Assembly (NCBI GenBank): GCA_000934665.2
Contig: JYFJ02001452.1
Location: 1 to 64,000, forward strand
Direction: 5' to 3'
Length of the DNA: 64,000 nt
Source: Catajapyx aquilonaris
Lineage: Eukaryota
Within the stretch, counting starts at the first letter, position 1; every line of letters begins with the position of its first letter. The notes below the pieces were generated by a model. It was not told the origin of the DNA. It ran no database searches and saw only the letters and a program-made list of their open reading frames with translations. A program made the translations under genes and the position numbers. Below are positions 15,001-30,000 of this stretch, one piece after another.

Positions 15001-18000
15001 AAACCTGACAAAAGTGTACGTTTGGATTAACCTTTGTGTTCTGGACCGTTACATGCGCGTGCCTGGAATTTCCCAATGAATGACAACGATCGTGACATTT
15101 TCGGATACCTGCATCCCCACCCACTTGCACATGTAACGAGTCAATGGCTAATTATTATTCTCACTCTGATTCTAAATATGAGACACAATCGAGCCTCAAA
15201 TACTGTATATTTTAATTCCGCACAATCATATTATATAGGCCAGAAATAATATTGTCCGTCCGTGGCCGGAACACTCAGAAACGAAAGGTGAAATAAATAT
15301 TTCATCTTTTATACAGTGCAGTTAATCCCGCAGTAAAAATCATTCAAACTCATCTTTTAAACATTAGATAGTAGGCAATGTACAGTATTGCAAATGGGAT
15401 GTGATTTCCTGCTATGATTTGTTTTAAATATTCTGCTGACCATACAGTCATACTCCTGAGAAGATAACAACTAAATTTACGTAGCTCAATCTCAAGTTAC
15501 AATGTTCGTGCTTTTTTTCCCACGTCAGAGTTGCCCTATTCCGAGGTTAACGGTTGCAGCAGACCGTTTGGCCACAAAATATAACACCACAGTCTGTTAA
15601 AATGTAGAAAGGCAGCTGCTAGTCTTGTAAGGTTTGGAGTAAAGCGCCTTCAAAATTGCCATCCCTATTGACACATCTAGAATTTATTCCTGGTACTAAA
15701 AATCCGGTCCTGCTTGGAAAAACGCAGACGCAAGCAGGATGAAAGTGGCCTAGGCTCCGGAAAAAGGAGGCGAGAAAACGCACTGAATGACCCTTTTCCT
15801 TAAAGTCCCTTTGAATGTTCCTCAGAAATTAAACTAAGACCAAACTGGGAGACATTAAAGTCCTTCTTAACGGTGTTGATGGGTATCCTGTCCCCCTTCG
15901 AGACTTCTTTCCCAGCTTCAAGTCTCAAAAAAACGCGACGGAACTGTAGGTGAAGAAAAAAAAACACCGAGAGAAGATCCGTTCTAACTCACAAAGAAAT
16001 GGTTTTTTTGGGCTCGCAATGACTCACTTTGATGTCTCATTTGATGTAGAAATCAGCACTCACCACTTGTTAATGGAGCCACGACTCAAAGACGCCGCAA
16101 TGGTAACTACCTCCCCGGTTCGATTGCAAGTCGTTACGTCCGGCGTCAGCAACGTCGTTTGACGAAATGACCACTCGCTAATAAGTCAGTCGTTGAACCC
16201 GCCCTTTTCTTGCAGAAAACGGTCCTTCTAACTGAACTGCTAATTATGCTTTGCCCCCATCAAAGTGCCATGGTGTATCGATATTCCCTGTTACGATATA
16301 TCGATATCAGTGGGTGACGTCTTGGGCTCCGATTGGCTACAGTCAATGGCTTTGATTGGCTGTGTCTACTTCGACTCCTCCCAGCTTCTTCAGCCACACC
16401 TCCGGAAGGACTTTTCCTTTTATATACGTACATATACGTACAGTACAATAGAGACAGGGCAAAAAATTATAGCTTTAGCACACACCCCTTACCAACATGA
16501 GGTATAATTTATGCCACACCTTATTGCAGCCCTAATTTAAATTCTATACGCACAGTTTACCACCATCACGGCCGCCTCTGAGGGCCGGTCCGTCAATTGG
16601 CACCGATTTCTTATTCCGGAGCAACTCGGATGGTAATCGCCAGTTGAGAAGAGGTTCGCATCTATGAAATGACACCCATAGGACCATAGTACACTAGCTG
16701 CTGGCGTGCAGCCAACCTTTCATATGTATCCGGGAGCCCATGGAATCAAATCCGGGGGAAAAAAAGAAAAAGGCCTCTGACTCGATGTTACACGATATGG
16801 AAATTGCCAGGCTATTGTCACGTGGCAACAATATCCTGCTAACCTCTAAGGTTTCCTTCCTACTGAATCGGGCCAGAAAGAGTAGTAAAAATAAACATTT
16901 TCTTTCCCTTTTCGCAAAAAAATATATATAAGGACGCGCCATGAGAGTGAATTAAGGGCCAGAAGCAGGGGTTGCAATAATGTCGACAGCCGCAGAGTTT
17001 TACTGCTCAACTAGAGGCAAATGGACTCTTTTTCCTCGGCAATAGGTCACCGAATTAACCTGCTTGCTTTCCTTTCCAGTAGAAATGAAAAGGATGCTTG
17101 TTTGCGCCATCACGTGGTGGAAGATTTGTTGCCGGACAATAGTTTATCTGACGGAGTTCGCCCGAGGGCTTCCAGGGCTCCCATACCAAACCCTTTACAC
17201 GCTTGCGAGATTTTACCACGTTATATCCCAGCTCAGTGTAGGATGGTTGAACACGCTGATAAACTGTTTCAAAATATCGATTCGAATACAGGTCCGACTT
17301 TTAGTCATAATAGTGATTATGAATATACATGTCACACAATAAAACGCGTTTCCGTGTCTTAATTCCGTCGGGTCATAATGTGTATATGGAACAAACATGT
17401 AGTGTATCTGAAACTAATTGGGGCAATCACCAATATTATTGTAGTATAGGATATGTGCGGTTTACAGCGTTCAGTGCCGCTGCCTGATATTAGCAAACTT
17501 TGTCAGTGCTGCAATTGCTCATTGGGGGCTTAACTATGCCAAGTGTTTCGGGGAATGCCTTCGAAGTGCTCCTCCATTTACTGAGAGTGCGAGGTCTCTA
17601 CAGAATTTGCCAAAGTGATAGGCACTATTTTCAAAACATTGTCTCTCTAAGCTCGCTCAGACGATTAATTTCGTACAGCTATAATGTTTGCAGGTGTGCG
17701 ATGCAATTTAGAGAAGTACAGTGCGATTATATTCCAATACTGGCAAATATCTTAAAATGTAACCCAATTGTTAATAAATATAGGTAGTAATGGTTCTCAA
17801 CTAATTGCTTCATTGCATTATCAACCGTGCAGTTTGGCAACTGATCAATGTGAACTGGTGGATGGTAACAATAATTATCAGAAAATTTTATCATCTATAG
17901 CTACTAAAACTCTAGATTCAGTGGAAGCTGCCTGTGCTGATGCTAAGTTTATACTCACAAACAGATTACCAAAACCACACTCTATGAAGACTTCATTCGA

Positions 18001-21000
18001 ATAACAGGCATACAGTATGTTGATCTTTCAAATCAAGAGACTCGCTACATGACTCTTATTGTCCTGGAGGAAAATTGCACAGTATATCGTTGGTACTATG
18101 CTCTAAACAAAATTATGATTGTAATAAATGAGCAAATGAAATACTCTGATGAGTATAGCGGTTTAGAATAGAAATATAATGTCGGTGTACTTTAAGGAAA
18201 GTAAACTCTAACCGTCTCTTTCAATTGAAAATATTACCAGTAGTACTGAGAAAATACTGTATTACTGTGAATAATATCGCAAGTGCTTCAAAAATTTACA
18301 GGAAATTCCCCGAAGGAAAACATACGTGTATAGTGCCCACCATATATGGATTTCGCTAATGAGCATGTTCCGGATTATGATGGCCTTGCATTTTTATTCT
18401 TGGAAAGTCAGATATAAAATTGCCATGTGTAGACACTCAGGCTGCAGACGACATACCCATTTTAAAATCACGGCTTGCATTTAAAATTATTTTGCACTTT
18501 TTAGACACGCCAGATGTGGTTGTGCAAGATGTTCCTATGCCCTTCTCCTAACTTGTTATTTTGAAAGGTCATATTGTTTTTAAAGTGCAGGGTTTTCAAA
18601 AAAAGCAAAAGTTTCCAAATTATTCTGCGACCTAGGAAAAATCTGATAAAACTTTTTCTTAACAAGCCGCTTTTTTCCACCGGCCTTGACAACACTAGGT
18701 CTTGGTGTTTGGCACTGACTTGTGCGAGAGCGCTACACTAAGTCAGGACTGTTGATTTATTGTAACGTTTAAACTGTCAGTTCTCGGTACAGCCTTGCAA
18801 GACACAAGAGAAACAACATAACATGCCTTTCTCCACACTCAATCGACCGCGACTCAAAGTTTCCGTACAGGAGTGCCAGGAATGACGATATTTTTTTTTC
18901 TTGCAAAGTGTTAAACCAAAGAGGCACCAAATCAAGGTGGGCCTGTACCAGAGCAAAGCAAATCAGTTTGTTAGTTCGCGAGTGTTTTCGGAACAAGTTT
19001 TAATGCAAACAGAGGAGGCGTCATCCATCCTTGATTACGCCATTCCTTCGCAATGCACCAAGAGTTTGCGGGGAAATTTTTGAGGGGGACTTGGCGTCAA
19101 CTTGTTCAGAAATTCTTACAAACTGCGGTGTACCTAACAGTCACTCATTCTTGACAAGGACAAAATAATAATTGCAGGTAAGAGCAACAGACGAAATCCA
19201 ACTGGATGATTTCGCAATTAAAGCAATTGGACCACAAATGAATGATCCGACTCATTATTATCTCTCTTTCCCATTGTTGCGACCGTTGCATTTTCTCTAT
19301 AAAAAGGGGAGGTTGTATGCATTGTAAGCCATACGCCGTCCTTGATTAAATAATAATGCATTACTGGATTAATTCCACATGATAGGGACGGATCATTTGC
19401 ATGCGTTCGCCACGTTTAAATATACGCCTGTAGATCCAAATTAGCGTTTTAGCAAATCCCTTTCGTACATCGTAATGATAAAATTCAATTAAAGGTCGAG
19501 TGAAATTTATTGCCCGTTATAATCACGCCAACTCATGTCTGCCCGTACTTGTCACATGCCTTCATATCGAGTTATGTGTTTTTCATACGCAACGAATTTT
19601 TATAAGTGGATAGGGTTAAAGTTTAGATTTTTATCGCAATAAATGGTAACAAATGACCTCTGTATACATGCTGTAGTGGAGGTTTTGTGTGGTCGGAGAG
19701 CAAGTTCTGAACGAATAGCTGGTTTGGTTGTGGTGGTAGGGATGAGTTAAGCTCCTCCTGTGACACCTCCGTTTAAAACCATTGTAGGGGCAAAGCACTG
19801 TGAAATGAGTCTCCCGCACGAAATCCATCCGAATCCCATTTCCAAGACATAATCCTTCAAGTTTTCCCCCGTCGGAAAATGAGCTTTCAAGAGGCGCACG
19901 ACAACTAGTCTCTCTCTCCCCCCCTCTCCCTTCCTTATTTTTGCATTCGCAATTTCTTTGCATACAAGAGAGAGGGAATAGCGTTTGCATGAATTATCCC
20001 AGCAGCAAATACACACCTGGAAGAACGACGAAAAAAGTGTGCAAGTGTATAGTAGCCCGCTAAGCAACCTTCAGCCCGCATCGGACCCTATTTCCTCCTT
20101 GGAATGTCAACTACTCAACCCCGTGGAACGCCTTGTTTGCACAATGAATCCGAAATTCAGAGCCGTAAATAGACATTCGCTCAAGTCTGCTGAAAAACGA
20201 GATGGAGGTGGGTTTCAGGCTGGAGGAATTTTCTTGGGGGTGCCATCCTCCTATTCGATGCTGGAGGTGCTCGGAACAATTTGGTTGAAGGATCAATAGG
20301 AAGGAATATATATTTTTAGAACATACATTTCTGTTATGTATCTTAAAGTATAAAAATACGTGTGATTCCATATCATCTCTCGTAAAGCGAATGGGAGTGA
20401 AGATTTTAACACTATTTGACTTAGGTAACGACTGGAGGACACCTCAACATAACCCGTATTATTGCGGAGCACCCTGTGTAAGGAGAAGGGTGGGCTCTAG
20501 GCGTATTCATTAGCAATGAGTCTAGGAGTCGTTTGCACCAAAGGCAAGGGTTTCCTTCCCGGAGTGGTTGATCCCAGTGTGTTGATAGGGTCCTGGGGTT
20601 TGCCTTCCAGCGGCCCAACCTTAATTGCATGCCAGCACGAAGAAATGGTCTATCTTCTCCCCCTCCCCTCCCCTCCTTCCCTCCAGTCCAATTCCCCTCC
20701 CAGCCTCTCCCCACTTTCCCCTCCCTCTTCTCTTGGACCAATCTAGATTTCCATTGCTGCTGAATTGGTCTCTCAAGTGGCAAAGCCTGCTGGCGATGAT
20801 TCTGGTAATCGCAGGGAATCGTGAGAACAATACCAACACTAAAACTAGATTTTGGCTCAGAATTGAACTGACGTCGCCAAACGATGCTCCAGATTCATAA
20901 CCCCCCACCCCCACCCCACCCACCATCCCAACACTTTAATATCCTGACAATCGGCGTCATTCGAGACATGTTTATGTACTAAAATGCGGAGTTAGACTTG

Positions 21001-21864
21001 GCATTAGACAATGAGACCAGGTTTATAACAATGTCCATTATATTGGCAGGGATTGTACACATGCATCTCGTCTAAAGTAAATATGTTGAAGCAATTTACA
21101 GTGATGTGATTGTCGACGGTTCAAAGCACAATGTATACTAACTGCATTATAATTCTAGGGGGTTGCAATGGGCAATAGTGTAAATGGGTTTACAACCCGC
21201 CCCTCCCTACAATGATGGCGCTAATCTGGCGTTAACTGATTAAAAATAAATCTTCTGGCCTACAAAATGATTTATTGTTTCATCGTGTCGTTTATTAAAA
21301 TCTGAAAATTTGAGCCGGATCGTTGTTTACACACGCGGTCCATGGGCATCAATGTTTATGGGTTCACACGATTGTCTTTCTGTCGTTTCTGTTGTTTTTG
21401 GTCGATTATTCTACTTGTATAACCAGCCAATATGAGAAAACTGTGGAAAACTGGGCTGAATCATGTGCAAGTCTCCATCAGCCAATGCAATGGTTGGAAA
21501 ACACCAATCAGCACACGCCATGTGACGACAAAGGGGCGTGGCAAGCCATGATTGGCGGACAGATCCACCAATCAGCGATGGCTACGTTGTCTGATCTGAT
21601 TGGTGGATCCCAACCTCAACGACCAAAACGACAACGGCGCCGGTGTGAACCCGGTTTTTGCCCCGCTGTCATTGTTGTTGTCGCTGAGAACGATTGGTCT
21701 GCGGGACGGATGGAAAGGATGGGAGGCGAGGGAATCAGGAATGCCACGCAGGGGCAGCGGATCAAAGCGGAGAGCGCCCAGGACTAGAGGTTGCAAGTGT
21801 CAATAAGCGGTGATGGGAATACCAACTGCACTCCAGGCTTTTGCGTTGCCAGGGGGAGGGTTAC

Positions 21865-21866
<2 letters not shown>

Positions 21867-21906
<40 letters not shown>
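21867..21906. repeat. (AG)20 microsatellite
   Basis: Perfect dinucleotide run. Confidence 0.95.
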
Positions 21907-21911
<5 letters not shown>

Positions 21912-24900
21912 TGATGGTAGGGGGTGGGGGGAGCTTTCACTGTCCATGGACGGGGAATAAAAGACAATGACGCTTTGTACACACAGGCCAGGTTCTACTT
22001 GGACCAATTAAATTTACAGGGTCGAGGGGGTGGGACACTAAATTATTTCGTGTTATGTAAACTGGGGAGGGTTCGAATAGCATTTCAACATGTGGGCTGG
22101 ACAAGCAGGAAAACAGTTGTCTGATTTCCCGGATATGGGTATATATGGTTGATTTAAGTTCAATATGTAAAACGTAATATTTGCATGTGACACACTACGA
22201 TATTGATTAATTTGCGCCAACATGTAGGTTGGGGAGGTTGAACTAGCCGGGGAACGTCAATTAATTTCATTGCATCCAAGTTCAAACCTGATAATGAAAA
22301 AGGGAGTCTACAAAGCACCACAAAAACTCATGGGCTAAAACAGTCATGTGTGGGTGTGTATTTTCAGGGCAGAAATATATGTACTGAGTTGTGTAAGGGT
22401 ACTCTTAACTGAATCAAATCATGAGGAAAGACAGCAGTTGTCATCACCAAGTGAAAAAGTGGAATTTGGTTCATGATATTAAACACTATTAACTTGTTAG
22501 TGCCACATAACACAACAAACATTTTTGCAGCGATGATAATAACACTTGTAGACAAAAGAAGTAATAAATACAAAATAAATAAAATAGCAACATATCTATA
22601 AACGCGAAACAAGCTAACAGAATAAAATAACAAAGTATCAAAAACTATATATAAAATAACAGGGTATAAATAATAATGGTGTCATAAGAGCCACCCAAAA
22701 TTTTGAGTTATACTTTAAGAGTAGAATCCACTTTCGTCAGGCATTCAATACTTGCGATGGTCATAAAAGCATTTGCGAAATAAAAGTTACAGCACAAAGC
22801 GTATAAAGAACGTCGTCGAAGAATACCCTGCAGGCTGTTTTACTTGCCCCCCCCCCCCTCTTTTTTTTCTTTTTGACTCCTTCAAAAGAAATTCCTGCCA
22901 TCTTTTTTTGGAGAAAAAGGAGGGGGGGGGGGGTATACTGCAGTTTCAATTATTACGAACCGCAAAAGTGAGCTGAGCAGAAAGTAGGGGGAGGTGGGGA
23001 GGTAGAATCAATTAGCGTATCTAATGACCTCGGAGTCACAAGTTTCCAGAATCCTTTTTGCGACCCTTTTTAATTAAATCTAGTCTTAGAAACAAAAGAA
23101 TCGGAATCGCTTTGACATTTTTAGAAAAATTCGATACCATTTTTTTTGCAAAATCTTGATTCCTTTTTCTTCGCTCATTTTTTTTGCAAGAAATACACAA
23201 AAGAGGCATTTTTGGTGGGTAAACATACGCGTTGGGAAGAATCAAGACGGTTGAATAGTTTTTAGACCCCGTTTTTCCCCCTCCATGTGCACAGAACTTC
23301 CGGGCAGAAATAAAAAGAGGTGGGGGACCTAACATTGGAACCGGGTTTTTCGGTTGGTGGGGTGGGTAAAGGCGGGTTAGATCTGCGAACCTGGCTTTGT
23401 ATTCAGAGCAGTTTGAGCAAATGTCGCCGTTCCTCTTTTGCTCTTTTTCTCCCCCCACCGACTCCCTGGGCTTTCCATTTCCAGGGTCACCAATCACTTC
23501 CTCCATTGCACGAAAAGGCAATTCCTCGGCACTATTCACATCTCGTGTTGACCGGACCGAAATTGTATCGCTCGGTTCGCCGAGGCTGTGGCTCTCGGGC
23601 CCCCTCTCTCTCTTTTCCTGGGACTTATTTCCAAGGCTTGAGGGGGGGCGGGCCATATATTCTGGCTTGCTTGAACATCAGGGCCTCGAGATGGAAAACG
23701 TGGACTGAAACTGCCCTGCCCGACCCTACTAAACACATGCAAACCCGGGCTCTAACCGGAGACTGAATAGACGGAGAGAGACCCAAGGTTTCTTAAGGAA
23801 TGGTGGCCGAGGAAAGAAGGTTACAGCCAAAGCCAGATATTCAAGTGTAAATTGCATTCAGACCTCGGGTTTGGTTAAACCTGTTCATAGGTATAATAAA
23901 TTGCAAGTAGAATTTTCAATCTGCGTTTAAAGCGGAAAAATAATGGTTTTAGCAACAATTTAGTGAGAACAAGTCTCATGATTTTTTCGCCGATATTCAA
24001 AGCATGGGCTGTTTTGACATGTAATGAATGACCCACATAGTCAGCCCCCGTACGAAGATTGTGTATCGTTTAATATATTACTTCTCCCTCCGCCCTATAT
24101 GTCAAGGGGTTGGGCATTTATAACACGCTCTGTAACATGATGAATGAATAAAATTGATTGACTGATATCCAATTGCCCCTAGGCAATATCGACACTTCCC
24201 ATTTTATAGGAGACATTCTATTACGGCTAATAATGTAGCAGTTTATTATTAAAAATGCATGATAATGCCTGTACTTTGTATCGAAAAATAAGTAATTTTT
24301 CAAACACTTTCCACCTGTATGCCTGACATGATTTAACCCCGAATTTCCCCATTTGGACCTGAGCAATTCCAGTCCGCTCTCGCTATTACTGTACTTGGGT
24401 CGCACTTTATGCCGTAATGAGAACCGAAAAATGGATGGAGAAGAATTGCCTGGATTCAGTTTGGACCGAAATCGTCACTTATGGGGGTAATTAAACTCTC
24501 ATTAGGTTCTAGGTCACCAGACAGAAAGTCGATATGAGAACGCTCCTGTTTTCGAGCCTTTCCGTCAATAGAGCTTCAGTTCGTTACACAATTATGAATT
24601 ACAATGTCCGAATGGCCGCCTCCATCAATAATATTATCCATAGTATAGATCGCCTTAAAGTTCTCATGGCATTTATACAGTATCGCATGAATCAGTTAAT
24701 GCCTATCCATATGAGGAGGACTTTACTAAAACTCATCCGAGCGTGTGAACACACTAGAGTTATGGTTCGATGCTCCAGTGACTTTTATTCCGTGGGGGAG
24801 ACAAAATAATAAAAAAACAAGGCCATAATTCATAAAACGAACGTATCTTGTCCCCAGAAAAGTATACAGCAAGGATTAAAATAACATGCAAAATGTTAAG

Positions 24901-26815
24901 AAAAAAAATCCGGTGAGTAAACGGCGCAGTTGCGGAAAAAGTTTGCCTTTTACAAAAAAAAAATCACTATTGCATTCATCTTCCCTTTGTTCTGCATTGA
25001 GATAACCAAAGTCTCTGGCAATATTTATTGCTCTTTCTTAGATAGGATAGAATTTATGGACGAAATAGGAAGCGCTCAGCGAGTTTCATACACCTCGTGA
25101 GAAAGAAAAAGGCGAGTTTTTCACTCACATTTGATAGCCCCTCGGAATCGACCTATCCGGGACAGTGCAAAATGGTCTTCAAGGCGACCTCTAGAAACTA
25201 ATAAGAAAATCGGTCAAGACGCAGATGGTAGTCTGGTGAAATATTCCGACCGATTAGTTGCTAGGGGAGACAAAAAGAATTTTTGTACGGGAAAAGGAGA
25301 AGTTTATAAAGTCCGGACACGCGCAGGACACCTGGTCGGAAGCGTCTGTGCGATGTTGGCCGGTGACTTGTAACTTTCTGCCGCAGATGTTGGCTACGTA
25401 CAGGGTGGAAAATTACTTCCGAGGGGTGAATTACACGGATCGTTTGGGTCACAGGAAGAGTTCAGCTTAAGGAATTGTGCACGTTGCGGAAGGAGGGAGA
25501 CTCAATTCGCCCATTTTTTTCACTTTCCAGAAAAAAAAAAGTTGTCGACAACCATTATCTATTCAGGTCTTGTTGCTTCTATGAGCTACACTGTAGCTAC
25601 TAGATTCAGGTGGGTGGGATGTAAAAATAATAATAGGACGGATCACGCTTCCTTCCAGCTGCGTGTCCCCCCGTTAAAGCGGGTCGTCAAAAGCGGTTAG
25701 GTGGTAATGCAGAAGCAAAAGACAAGAGAGGTAGAAGCGCCACCACCATTAGAATCCATTAAGGCTGGCAGGACATTTGAGACACCCTATTTCCCCACTA
25801 AGATGATGGGGAACCGAGAGCATTCCCGATATCTGTCACGTCACACAGGTGAAGGTGGCAGGTGCCACCAGGAAGACTCTATCGATGCACATGGTCTGGA
25901 TAAGTTAAAAAAAAAACTGAACCTAAATTTGAGGCACACCCGGTACAAGAGTTCATGGCGCAGAAATACGCGCAATTAAGCTCCACTGTGGGGGGAAACG
26001 GTCATTTCGGATTCCCAAGGTCCGGCTGGTCACGTTAATAACTAATGGGTGTGCCCGGGGTGACCTTTTATGCATGCGATTTTAGGTCCACGGCACTAGG
26101 ACACACCGGTTGTGCCCAGTAAATAATGCAGGTTGTGGTCACTTACCTGGGGAATGTTGCACGCAATTTGCCACTTCCAAACCTGGCTGGAGGAGGACAC
26201 GCTCACAAAAAATACTGTAGACGTCGCGGTTCCTTTTTCTTCTCCAGTTGCAAATGTAAAGTGTTTAAGGGAAGCAAGAATCGCCTGGATCAATAGCTGG
26301 AAGCTTCCCCCATCTCGGAGAGTTGCACCAATTTATCGGAAGCATGCATTCCCATTAAAGTAAATCCTGCGGCGAACGAACAAGAGAAAATTGTCCCCTT
26401 ATGTATTAAGCCCGACGAAACGTGCCTTTTTTATGGCTCCTAAAATTAATTAAATTTACCGCCGGACACTCACCTTCCAGTGAAAGAAGCGGGGCGTCAA
26501 CTGGATTTCCCAGCCTGGAAAAAGGCTGCTCTATGCAGCACCAAGCAAGGGAGAAAAAAAAAATCCCTGGTCATATGAGGTAAAATAAGGAAAAAAACAT
26601 TTCGAGACTGCGAGTGCATGTTGCCTCATTTTATTACGGTCTGTGTGTACATATGAGTATAAAAATGGAGTAGGACATAGATGCGTAATGAATTTTTAAG
26701 ACCATATGACAGTCCTTTGCCGTCAATAAATCAATCAAAGGTGTGGATGAATTATCAGCTAATTTTTCTGCAATAATAAGCTGCATTTATCTTACGAAGT
26801 TACATTTACATTATA

Positions 26816-27044
26816 CAGGGTGTTCTAAATTCGTGGGTCGTTTTTTTATAACTGATATTGCCTAATAGTTGTTACTTTTGTATCTTGTTGTGCGCCGATC
26901 CAGGTTAGCCATTACACACAGGGGGTCAAATATAGCAGATTCTATAGAATGGGGCACATGATTAGGGGCACAACAAGCTACAAAAATAACTACTATTGGG
27001 CGATATCAGTTATAAAAAACGCCCTACGAATTTGGAACACCCTG
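26816..27044. mobile_element. MITE, Tc1/mariner-like non-autonomous element (229 bp)
   Basis: About 85-bp imperfect terminal inverted repeats (CAGGGTGTTCTAAATTCGT...ACGAATTTGGAACACCCTG), flanked by TA on both sides (26814-15, 27045-46); no ORF. Confidence 0.88.
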
Positions 27045-30000
27045 TATTAATTTATGATGCAATGCTTATTAACTGTAAAGAAATTTCTGTAATAAACAAT
27101 ATTATTGTTGAACCCATTTTTGCAGAGCTCTTGAAAAGATGCGATTAGTCCACTAGCTATCAGGAAAATTTATTTGTTATTACTAAAAGTAACTGGTTAA
27201 TTAGCAGAACGATTTGCATATCAAGCTCGTTCAAACGAGCCGCGATTTTACACTAAATAGTGATTATGCTACCTCAACCCAACATTTTTATAAAGGCAAG
27301 AACAGCAAGCACAATCGACTTTTCCGGAGAGGGGCGCCCATTGTTAAATTATGAGTGACAGTAGTGTTTAGCAATGCAGCCATTTGCAAGGAGGACGCAC
27401 GGTTACCCATAAATGAGTGAGATCCAGGGCTAGTCTCAATTGCCGGCTGGCATGGTGTTCAGCAGTACCCTCCATACCAAAAACCGCTGAGGCTACATTT
27501 GCATCAGCATCCTCAAAAAAGCTTAGTTCGAATTAAACCCTTTCGACCCCCCCCCCCCTCCAAAAAAAAACACTGACCGCAATTCTCATGAAAAAAGACA
27601 CGTGTGTGTTACCCTCCCCACAACCAACAATCAGATGGGTTGTCCCCCTCCATCCCTTTTAATCCCCTGAATCGCACAGTGCCAGTGGTCAAAATTATTC
27701 CGCTGGACGTGACACATATGCCTGAACAACGCTCTTTCGCGCAAATTTTGCGGCCCCCCAAAAAAATTGCGTAAATTTTTATAAAAATTGCGGTCATTGG
27801 TTGGATTCCGGAAGAGGTCGGAGGTTATCCACCTCCAACGACGGTAGTACTCTACTATTCCCAGCCTGCAGCGTTGGTCGGTCGGTGTCGGTGGGTGTCG
27901 GTGTGGGGTGGGCGACAAGGACATGGTGTCAGTCATCGTCTGCGCACAGTGCAAGCCAGATCGATAAGGAACGCGACTGTTAAGCCGGCTGCATTCCAAC
28001 CCACCCCCCCTTTCTCTACTACTTTTCCTTTACCCGATGCAACTCAGCAGTGTTGGATGGGTGGGGATGAAAAGGCATCCACATATCCACACACACAATC
28101 CATCCACATTTTTGCCAAATAAGCCGATACCGGCACGTGTCCTCAATGTGTTCGCGAGGACAAAAAAAATTCCAGCCTTTGTCACAGTTTGCTTTAAAAA
28201 AGCAATATTTTCGTACAGTATAATTGCAGACGAGACGCATTGTTTACCTTGTAAACAGCTGTTGCAGCAATCTCGGCCATGTTCGTTTTTTTTTCTTTTT
28301 CAGAAACAGCCAGCAGGGTTCAATCAATAATATTAATCGAGAGAGGGGGGCCTAACTTGTCACTATTAGTGAAACATCGTTCCACCTCTGGCTGAACAAT
28401 TGGACACAAAAAAGGTGTCACACCACCGAGTAGTTTCCATTAGCATAGTAACACTGGGTGGAGGGGAGTAGCCTGCAGCAAATCAAAGTTGTGTTGCATG
28501 ACACAGTGTCCTGTCCCCCAAATTTTAAGAAAGTGGACCCGGAGAGGTCCTCGTCACATCGTTGCCATGGAAAAGGCAGAGGGGGGGGGGGGGCAGCAGG
28601 AGGAGGGGGCAAGAAACTTCCACCTGCTTTGGCTTTCAGGCCGGATTATGATGGCTTCAGACGCCCACAAAACCTCCGCCTGCGAGTTCATTTGGCTGTG
28701 AGTGTACTCAGAGTTATGCGACATGGAAAAGCTTTCCGGAATTTCAAATTGGAAGTGACGTGGTGGGCTTAGGCTCCGAAACAAATCAATCCACGCCACT
28801 CCGGGTGGTTGGAGGAAGGGGGGGGGGGGCTCTCTTTTTCGAGGGGGGGGGGGAGGACGACAGGACCCACTTTTCAGGCCCCCTTTTCGGTCTCAGCCTT
28901 TTGGAAAAGCTGTCCGCCAACTTGTGGCAATCAGTTCTGACCTGGGGCAATTAATTTGCAAATGGGCTGGATCGCACTGTGGCAGAGAGGGTGAAGGGAA
29001 GGGCATGACACCCATAAGGTACACAGTTTGATCCCCCGTAAGGGCTGATTGGTCTCTTCAGGTTCGAGTATGTTTTCTCGGGGTTCTTTCTCCACCAGTT
29101 GAGAAGTGTATTGGTAGACAGCTTGTTTCCAGATCCATATGAACCTAATACTAAAACGTAAGTTTTGAATGGTCACTTGTTGTCATAACAAGTAATGGAA
29201 CATTTAAAATTTGGAGAATAAACACTCAAATTGCCCATTAATTGGGAGTCAACATGTAACATGTGTGTAGTTATGTCGCCAAAATACAGTGTTACCAGCT
29301 TAATGTGCCAAACACGTTGGTATCAAATGTATTAACATATTCGCCGAAGTAGACCGGATCTAGACCGAGTCCAGTTGACTCGTAGTCGTGTAAATGCCCC
29401 CCAATTAAATGGAGGCCCCTACTGGGCATGGGTATCCAGGTCGAGCAGACAGCTCCTGATTGGTCCGCTGTGCCTGGCATCTGTGCGGGCTGGGCGGAAG
29501 GAGGAAGGGTTCCCAGGTGGGAAGCGTTTGAAAGTTTCAAAGTGGTTCCTTGCTCCCAAGTCCCAGGTCGGGAACTGATCAAGCTCTCCCGATGGCGCCA
29601 GCATCTTCCATTAGCTCCGGCTGCCGATCGATTTTCCGCATCTCCCGGATAGTCCAGGGCGCAGCTGCCCCCTCTGCTCCATGCCCCACATCCCTCCCTC
29701 CCTTCCCTTCCCTCCCTTTTCCTTCCTTCGACTGGCTCCAACACTGCTGGCTGGGGGATACATACATACATACATACTGTACTACAACCCACTGTAAAGC
29801 CTACTATTAAGGGCACGGACCTCACACTGTTCGAACTCAGGAAGACAGATGGCGCTGGCGCTGATTGGCCAGCCTGTAAAAACTTCTTTTTTTGTGCAGA
29901 AAAAAAGAATAACTGTAGTTTGTGGGAAAGTGTGTCAGTTGTCACGCTGGGTGTGCGACCGTAAGTGACGATCGAAAACCTCGCAAACTCCACAGCTAAG

